Positions 57,688 through 64,000 of a stretch of 64,000 bases of DNA are shown piece by piece (positions within the stretch are counted from its first letter, which is position 1; the number at the start of each line of letters is the position of its first letter). Source of the DNA: an uncultured Verrucomicrobiae bacterium. Lineage in GTDB: Bacteria; Verrucomicrobiota; Verrucomicrobiia; Limisphaerales; Palsa-1400. A model generated the notes under the pieces. It saw only the letters and a list, made by a program, of their open reading frames with translations. It was not told the DNA's origin and did no database searches. The DNA lies in assembly GCA_963764165.1 (NCBI GenBank), contig CAVXRD010000002.1:2624001-2688000 (forward strand). The letters are read 5' to 3'. The translations under genes and the position numbers were made by a program.

Positions 57688-59178
57688 TCAGCGCCTGAAG
57701 ATTGGACGGCGTTGAATTGGCCTCAATCCGGAGAATTTTCGCGCTTGCGCCGGCCGCCAGTCAGAAGAATCGTCGGGCGCGGACGAACGGGACGGCGCGG
57801 GCGGAGGCAAGGCATGGCCGGGTTTGTGTTGAGACCGCGTCATCCACCAAGTCATGGCCAAGCCGAACAAAAACGGATAAATGGTGAGCAAGGTAATGTC
57901 GCGTCCGAGATTAAAAGTCAGGATCAATCCCATGGAATAAAGAGAGACGCGCCCCAGCTCTTCCAAGTGCAAGTCCATTCGCGCCAGCATGGCCACCCAA
58001 ACGGACATGAGCAGAGCCGCCGCCGCGGGCCCCAGGATCGTCCCGAAATTGACGACACCTTGCCCGATCAGGCCAGTTGAAATGGTGGCATGAACCCCAG
58101 CCGCATCGTCCTCCCCGCCGCCCTGGCCGCGCGCAATCGCATAGTCAATTCCAATTTCCGGCTTGCCGTGCCAGAGGGCTCGAGGGACGAAATTGACCGC
58201 TTCGGCGAAATACCGTGCGCCCAAAGTGGGATTGTAGGTGCCGTCTTTCATGAAGGTGTTAATCCAGCACAATTCCTCGTACATGTTCAGGCCTTCGTGC
58301 TTGGCTTTTTCAGTCTCGGCCAGATCAAGCCCGTTGCCATGCAGGGCCTCCGTGACGGAGGTATGGGAACGGTTTGCAATGACAAATTTCATCCACGCAT
58401 TCACCGTAAGAAAGCAAAGCGCAAGCACGCCAAGGCGCTTCAACATCGAACCGCGCAGGCGGAAGAAAATCCAGCACAGCACGGCGGGAATCACCACAGC
58501 GAGCATGAAGTTGCGCGTGCGGCCAAAAATATAATACGGCCACGAAAGCAGGCAGAACACCAAGGCCATGCGCCGGACCGCCGGTTTTTGGGCTGTCGCC
58601 GCGACCACTCCGAAGGTCGAGGCGACAAGCAATTGCAGATAAGCTGCCAGCGATAAGATTGCGTCCAATCCGTGCCCAATCCGGTCACGTTCCCACGGCT
58701 CGGCAACAAACCCAAGAAAAGGGAAAAAGTAAAAGACGATTAACTCTTTGAGGCGGATTACCGCGACCACAGTCAATACCACCCACACCACCACGCAGCC
58801 GCCATACAGAACATTCATTTGCTTCTGGAACGCCGGCTGGCCAACGCCGTTCCGAAAGATAAACAGCACTCCACTGCCGCAGGGAATGTCCCGCCCGTTC
58901 AGCCGGCGGTGAACAGCAGGAGCCGCCGCCAGAAACACGATCAGAAACACCGCAACCTGGCACCATGCATTCGAGAGCGTAGCCGGATCGAAATCGACCA
59001 TGTACTGGCCAGCGTAGTCGTTATAAAAGGCGTCCCCCACGTACCATACGCACACCGTCGCCAGAACAGCCGCCATGGGCAGCCCAATGCCATCGCGCAT
59101 CCTGCCAGCGCAAAAGGCAAGGCCCCCGAGCAACAGGGCGATCACCACCCAAAACGACAGCGGAAAAATTGAAAACAT
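57688..59178 (-). CDS. Polytopic membrane protein, probable Wzy-like polymerase
   Basis: About 11 TM helices, periplasmic loop with NFVPRALW..KP, located among EPS genes. Confidence 0.65.
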   Translation of the reverse strand: MFSIFPLSFWVVIALLLGGLAFCAGRMRDGIGLPMAAVLATVCVWYVGDAFYNDYAGQYMVDFDPATLSNAWCQVAVFLIVFLAAAPAVHRRLNGRDIPCGSGVLFIFRNGVGQPAFQKQMNVLYGGCVVVWVVLTVVAVIRLKELIVFYFFPFLGFVAEPWERDRIGHGLDAILSLAAYLQLLVASTFGVVAATAQKPAVRRMALVFCLLSWPYYIFGRTRNFMLAVVIPAVLCWIFFRLRGSMLKRLGVLALCFLTVNAWMKFVIANRSHTSVTEALHGNGLDLAETEKAKHEGLNMYEELCWINTFMKDGTYNPTLGARYFAEAVNFVPRALWHGKPEIGIDYAIARGQGGGEDDAAGVHATISTGLIGQGVVNFGTILGPAAAALLMSVWVAMLARMDLHLEELGRVSLYSMGLILTFNLGRDITLLTIYPFLFGLAMTWWMTRSQHKPGHALPPPAPSRSSAPDDSSDWRPAQARKFSGLRPIQRRPIFRR

Positions 59179-59410
59179 TTTCTAGCAACAACCAGACCAG
59201 CAGGCGCCCACGCGCTGGAATCTTGACCCGCGCAGCTTTTACGATGGCCCGGATTCGGGCACACTCCGTGCCCGTCAGTTCGCAGGCGCGTCCCCGCTTG
59301 GCGCAAATCCAAGCGCGTCATCCCCATTTTCTTGAAAAAACGAAGACGCGAACGATCTCGGGGCATCCGCGGAAACGATCCGCTCAGGCACACGCGCCCA
59401 TTATTGCCTG

Positions 59411-61609
59411 CTACTCTGCCTCAGCATTATTGCTGGCCTGATAGTCTTCGTGCTTGTAGTAGTAGTACGAGCGGTTCTCGGCGTCCGCGCCATTGAACAC
59501 AAGCCCGATAACCTTGACTTGCCGTTGAGCAAGCAGATCCAGGGCTTCTTTCACCACACCCGCCGAAGAAAAGCGGTTTCGAACGACGAAAAGTGTGGCA
59601 TCCGCCTGAGGAGCCAGTGTCGGCGAATCATCCGCGGCAAACACAGGACTCGTGTCCACAAGCACATAATCGAATTCCTCCCGGAATTTGGCAAAAGCAA
59701 CACTGAGTGTTGGGCCAATAAAAAGATCGCCGGGGTTTGAGGTGGGATTGCCATGGGAAATGAAGTAAAAGGAGGAGAAACCGTCGCGCTGGAGAACTTC
59801 ATTAAACTCCGCTTTTCCTTCCAGGTATTCCGCAAAGCCCGGGCCGGAGCGCATCGAGAGCACCTTGTGCAGATAGCCTTTTCGAAAATCCGCATCGACA
59901 AGCAAAACGCGTGAACCGCCCTGAGCCAGAGTTCGCGCGAGATTTGAAACTACAGTTGACTTTCCTTCTCCTGGTATCGCACTTGTGACAACCAATATTT
60001 TCGGACGCTTCTCCTCCGCTGGCATGAAAAATATCGCAGAGCGAAGATTCCGGTACGATTCGGCGGACATATGACTGGCGTCCTTGAAGACCTCCATGCC
60101 GCCGGATGGGCCTTTAAGAAGCGGCACCTCAGGCACCTGCCCCACGATCACGTCGCCGAAGCGATCATTTACCTCGGAAATTGAATTAAATCGGTCGTCC
60201 CTGATGGTGATCAAATAAACCAGGCCAAAGCCGACCGCCAATCCCGCAAAAACTGAGATCTGAATCGCAAGAATCTCTTTGGCCAGACTCCGCCTGGCCA
60301 AAGAGGCCGATCCAAGCACGGACATCGTGTCTTGTTCAATGTTCCGGCTTATATCCACATTTTGCAGCATTTGCGTCAGGCGATCGTAAACGGTCTGTGT
60401 GCGAGCCACATCCAGTTTCAGCTTGTCCGCCTCAGCAACACGCCGATTGGCGTCTGTTACCTTTTGTTCCCATTCCTTGATCGAAGTGATTACGCTTGAA
60501 GCTTTGCTCTGGTTCGATCGAATAGAAGCCAAAAGCAGCCATTTTGCCGATTCGTAAGAGGCGTTCATCTGCTTGAGGTTCCGCGACCTCGCAAGCTCAA
60601 CAAGCTTTTCGTCGGTGGCAATCTGCTCATCGAGCTTCACAATCTTCGGGTGCTTCGGGCGCAGGTTCTTGCTTAGTTTTGCGCGCTGGAGCCTGAGCAT
60701 TTCAATTTCCTCCTCCGGAGACAACTGATTCGGAGCGCCCATCAGCGCCATGCGGGATCCCTCGAGGCCGCGGGAACCATTCGTGCTCGCAGCATCGTTT
60801 GTTGCGCTCGAGGCAGAGGCAGTGTTAGTGCGGGCAGCCTCTTCCATCACCTGTTTTTCGGAGGCGGCAAGCATTTCAGAGTCAAGACGGAGGTCGGACA
60901 ATTCCGTTTGCAGCTTGGCAAGGTAAGCTCCCGCCACCCTCCCCTCCTCTTCGAGAACCGCAAGATTATTGCTTTGTTCATAGCTTGTCAGCGCCGCCTG
61001 TTCTTGCTTCAGCTCGCTTTCCATTCTCAGCACTTGTTCCGAAATCGAGGCGAGCGTGTCTCCCGAGACGGTCTTGCGAATGTTCTTCTTGTAATCAAGG
61101 TACACATTCAAAAGAGCATCCAAATAGGCTTGGGAATAGGCGGGGATCGGGCTCGTCGCCTCGATCTGAAATATCTTGCTTTTGGGAACTTCCTTCACGC
61201 CGATTGCCACCACCGGCGGTCTGCCGTCTTTGCCAAGAGGAATGCTCTTTGGGTTGAGCGATTGTATGCGGGCCAGGGTTCTCTGGGCCATCTCTCCGCT
61301 GCGAAGCAATTCGATTTGGGTGCCAAGATAGGTGACGGAATTATCGTTAAATGAAGCCCCTCCCGGCAACGTGAGTTTTTCCGGCTCCCACATTGTCGCG
61401 GTTGATGTATATTGCGGTTCCACCCAGTGGAACGCGGCCCAGGCGCCGGCAAGGCCAAGAAGAAGCGTAATGGAAGGGATCCACCAATAGCGGCGGAGGA
61501 ACAGCACGTAACGGCCGAGTCTTCCACTGGATCCGGCGCCCGCCGCGGGCGGCTCTGGCGCTCGAACTGGATACCGATTGTCCTCGTAGGGAACTGGCGA
61601 GTAAGTCAC
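59411..61609 (-). CDS. wzc: Polysaccharide co-polymerase / tyrosine autokinase
   Basis: Two TM, coiled coil with PKHP, ESYRNLRS, GEGKS, VDAD.R, VDTSP, C-terminal YYYY. Confidence 0.93.
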   Translation of the reverse strand: MTYSPVPYEDNRYPVRAPEPPAAGAGSSGRLGRYVLFLRRYWWIPSITLLLGLAGAWAAFHWVEPQYTSTATMWEPEKLTLPGGASFNDNSVTYLGTQIELLRSGEMAQRTLARIQSLNPKSIPLGKDGRPPVVAIGVKEVPKSKIFQIEATSPIPAYSQAYLDALLNVYLDYKKNIRKTVSGDTLASISEQVLRMESELKQEQAALTSYEQSNNLAVLEEEGRVAGAYLAKLQTELSDLRLDSEMLAASEKQVMEEAARTNTASASSATNDAASTNGSRGLEGSRMALMGAPNQLSPEEEIEMLRLQRAKLSKNLRPKHPKIVKLDEQIATDEKLVELARSRNLKQMNASYESAKWLLLASIRSNQSKASSVITSIKEWEQKVTDANRRVAEADKLKLDVARTQTVYDRLTQMLQNVDISRNIEQDTMSVLGSASLARRSLAKEILAIQISVFAGLAVGFGLVYLITIRDDRFNSISEVNDRFGDVIVGQVPEVPLLKGPSGGMEVFKDASHMSAESYRNLRSAIFFMPAEEKRPKILVVTSAIPGEGKSTVVSNLARTLAQGGSRVLLVDADFRKGYLHKVLSMRSGPGFAEYLEGKAEFNEVLQRDGFSSFYFISHGNPTSNPGDLFIGPTLSVAFAKFREEFDYVLVDTSPVFAADDSPTLAPQADATLFVVRNRFSSAGVVKEALDLLAQRQVKVIGLVFNGADAENRSYYYYKHEDYQASNNAEAE

Positions 61610-61622
61610 AAATCTCCTTAGG

Positions 61623-62402
61623 TTAAAAGTGGACCAGCCGCTCCGGGATGAAAATCAAGTCGCCGTCCTGCAGCTGCAGATCCGCCGCCCGATCTCCCCG
61701 CTTGAGCACTTCTTCGACGTCCACGGTGAACACTTGGTCCTTTTCGCCTAGGTTGACTGGCTTGCGAGTCACTCGAACCTTTTTGCGATCAGCGTATTCG
61801 GTGAATCCGCCAGCCCGCAGAATGGCTTTGCTCAACGTAAGGGTCTCGTCGCTTGGAATATCCTGGCCGCCCGGCACACCCACAGGCCCGACGATGTAAA
61901 CTTTTCCCTGGGTCCGAGCCCACTGTTGCACGGCAACTATGACGGTGGCGTGGTAATAATAATCCTTCTCCAATTCGCCCTGGAGCGCGCGCGCCAATTC
62001 CTTGCAGGTCTTCCCCGTTGCGGCATAGAGTCCAATATAGGGAAGCTCGAGCTCCCCGGAATCATTGACTGTTAACTGCAATGACGGCTCGTCATCTTCC
62101 ACGATTCTAAAGCTTACCTTGTCGCCCTTGGTCAGCTTATACTTGTCGTCAAGCACCTCCATGTTATCAATTCGTCCGGTGGCCGCCGGCTTGGAGGCTT
62201 CGGTTTGCGGCGGGGCTGGCAGCCTCAAGGAGCCACCGATGTCATTCGTCTTGACCCGATTCGGGGGACTCCAATTTGTTCCATAATCGACCGTCATTGG
62301 CACATTGCCCTGGCCGCGCAACTGCCATGCCGGAAGAACGATCATCATCGCAAGGCAGATGACGCGCGAGATTATATTGCCATGTATGCGAGATTGTTTC
62401 AT
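61623..62402 (-). CDS. Polysaccharide export protein (Wza/SLBB-like)
   Basis: YKL..GD, G.LELPYIG, VYIVGPV..PG, AILRAGGFT, LQDGDLIFIP. Confidence 0.88.
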   Translation of the reverse strand: MKQSRIHGNIISRVICLAMMIVLPAWQLRGQGNVPMTVDYGTNWSPPNRVKTNDIGGSLRLPAPPQTEASKPAATGRIDNMEVLDDKYKLTKGDKVSFRIVEDDEPSLQLTVNDSGELELPYIGLYAATGKTCKELARALQGELEKDYYYHATVIVAVQQWARTQGKVYIVGPVGVPGGQDIPSDETLTLSKAILRAGGFTEYADRKKVRVTRKPVNLGEKDQVFTVDVEEVLKRGDRAADLQLQDGDLIFIPERLVHF

Positions 62403-63754
62403 GAGGCATGATAGGTAAGTCGAATACCGAAGACATCCTGGCTGTAATCGCGGCCCCCTTGCGAGGAAGAGCGCACTGAACTGCGCACATTTACTCCGGC
62501 GTCGAACCGTTTGGTAATGCTATAGGAGGTGGAGAAGCTCGCGCCAACCCAATCGTAGCTTTCGGTCAAATTGCCGCGCACATTGCCGACGCCCTGCGTT
62601 CCATAATTATAAGATATTCCGGTCGAAAAATTAAGCTTCCCCAAGATTGCCCACCTGACAGTTGCATCCACAAACCATTCTTCAACCGCGTCCGACTGGA
62701 GACCCGCGCTTATGTCGTGGCCGGCTTTTAAAGTATAGCCAATGGATTTCGTCACCTGATGGGTCAGGGACAAGTTCGCATACCACGAACTCAGTCCGGA
62801 GGTCTGGATCGGCATGCTCGACGGGACCGCCACCGGGTTGACATTTCCCTGGGACTCATTCGGCACGAATGAGGATCTGCTTGTGTTTTGAAAGTCATAA
62901 ACAGCATAGCCAACCCGCGGCTGCAATTGAAACGCGGGATCGGGTTTCCAGTCGGCAAAAACACCGGCGTTGTAACTCTCGTTGTTGTTCAAGATCGGCT
63001 GGTCGTATTCCAGGAAGGACGCGCCGAGTTCAGCGCCCGACTTGAAGCTGGACGAAAACGCATAGGAAAGCTGGTCTATCAAGCTCTCTGTCCCCGAGTC
63101 CTGCGAATTAAATTCGCCAGTGGTTGATTCATTTAGAATATAGTCAAAACCCAAGCTGTCGGACAGCCTTCCAAAATCATGAGACACAATGATGCCGGAG
63201 CGGTTCCTCAGGGTGCCGAACTCGCCGGTGCCGGCAATCAACGGATTCTGGCTTGAGTCCTGGATGTAACTGATTGAATCGTGGATGTTGAACATGAACG
63301 GGCCGACGCCGAAATTGAACGAAGGGCCGCTTCCGGCGGTTATATTAAGCGTGCTCAGTTCGCTATGGTGCAGGTACTCGATATATCCAATTCCCAGGCT
63401 CAATTTCAATAAATTGCGGTCCGTTAATGCGTAGCTGCCTGTCAAGTCAAGTTCCGGCCTGAGTATGAAATCGCCACTCGATCCTGACTGTGCCAAAGTC
63501 ACGTTGTCGCTCCAGTCCGCCTCAATCGAACCGGTCGCGAGCATTTGAAAGTCCCCATATTTCCAAGTGTATGGGCCTCGCGCAAGTTGGTTGTTTTTGT
63601 AGTTGTCCAGTGCTAAAAAGCTGGATAACGCCTGTTGCGCGGGCGCCGGGAAAATGGGTGCTAAGAAGGCCAATGCCCCAAGGACGAAAACGGCGCCGCG
63701 TGCGTTCCAGCCACGTTGGTTTCGATGCATAACAGTCATTCGCAGAGTCTTCAC
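62399..63754 (-). CDS. Outer-membrane beta-barrel protein of the EPS locus
   Basis: Signal-like segment, SDNV...DFILRP, amphipathic beta strands, terminal VFGIRLTY. Confidence 0.8.
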   Translation of the reverse strand: MKTLRMTVMHRNQRGWNARGAVFVLGALAFLAPIFPAPAQQALSSFLALDNYKNNQLARGPYTWKYGDFQMLATGSIEADWSDNVTLAQSGSSGDFILRPELDLTGSYALTDRNLLKLSLGIGYIEYLHHSELSTLNITAGSGPSFNFGVGPFMFNIHDSISYIQDSSQNPLIAGTGEFGTLRNRSGIIVSHDFGRLSDSLGFDYILNESTTGEFNSQDSGTESLIDQLSYAFSSSFKSGAELGASFLEYDQPILNNNESYNAGVFADWKPDPAFQLQPRVGYAVYDFQNTSRSSFVPNESQGNVNPVAVPSSMPIQTSGLSSWYANLSLTHQVTKSIGYTLKAGHDISAGLQSDAVEEWFVDATVRWAILGKLNFSTGISYNYGTQGVGNVRGNLTESYDWVGASFSTSYSITKRFDAGVNVRSSVRSSSQGGRDYSQDVFGIRLTYHAS

Positions 63755-64000
63755 ACCCCATAAGCGGGGCAGAGAAGCGTCCCCGGGGATCGTTTTTCCG
63801 CGCCTGCCTTCGGCGTCAAGTGCGCCGATACTGCTGAATTTTCATTGTCACCATCGTCGGCCCGCAGTATTTGGCTTACTTTCTCCTCCACGGCAAATGA
63901 CACCTTCCTCGCGGTTCCCTGAGTGGCGCTTGCTTCAAGGATGCGCGGACCCGCTTGGTTCGCGGCGCGAGGCGCCGGAGCGACCAGGCTAGCGGTCCGT

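Noticed and set aside
1..64000. CRISPR array, tRNA/rRNA genes, prophage, integrase or autonomous transposase
   Set aside because: No regularly spaced repeat-spacer array, RNA gene signature or such ORFs seen by eye; small structured RNAs could have been missed

Overview
GC-rich bacterial window. Gene style, PEP-CTERM variant and REP types suggest Verrucomicrobiota, Pedosphaera/Limisphaerales-like (inference). It has four parts. (1) 1-17.7 kb: a glycan-utilisation locus with a DUF4855-like protein, GH38-like, intact and internally deleted GH92, and two large secreted proteins sharing a ~55-aa C-terminal domain. It includes a sensor kinase with a circularly permuted PA14 domain and a REC-pseudokinase-REC-AraC regulator; three copies of a TGGCAC-N16-TGGCAC-N9-TSGACA operator/promoter define a likely regulon. 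A decayed RelE-type toxin-antitoxin pair lies at its start. (2) 17.8-23.2 kb: GNAT-like and PQQ-propeller genes plus nucleotide-sugar genes. (3) 23.5-44.1 kb (+): a Wzm/Wzt-dependent polysaccharide cluster with an orphan CheR-fold methyltransferase, many glycosyltransferases, an O-acyltransferase, an IS5-type MITE, a secreted beta-helix protein and kdsD/kdsA. (4) 44.2-63.8 kb (mostly -): a Wzy/Wzc/Wza EPS cluster with an exosortase-EpsI fusion, a TPR protein and two PEP-CTERM proteins, one with thioester-domain motifs. The most intriguing signals are a Thr-Asn dipeptide enrichment concentrated in extracytoplasmic protein segments (candidate glycosylation sequon) and three different C-terminal tags on exported proteins. 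All family calls come from motif recognition by eye, not database searches.
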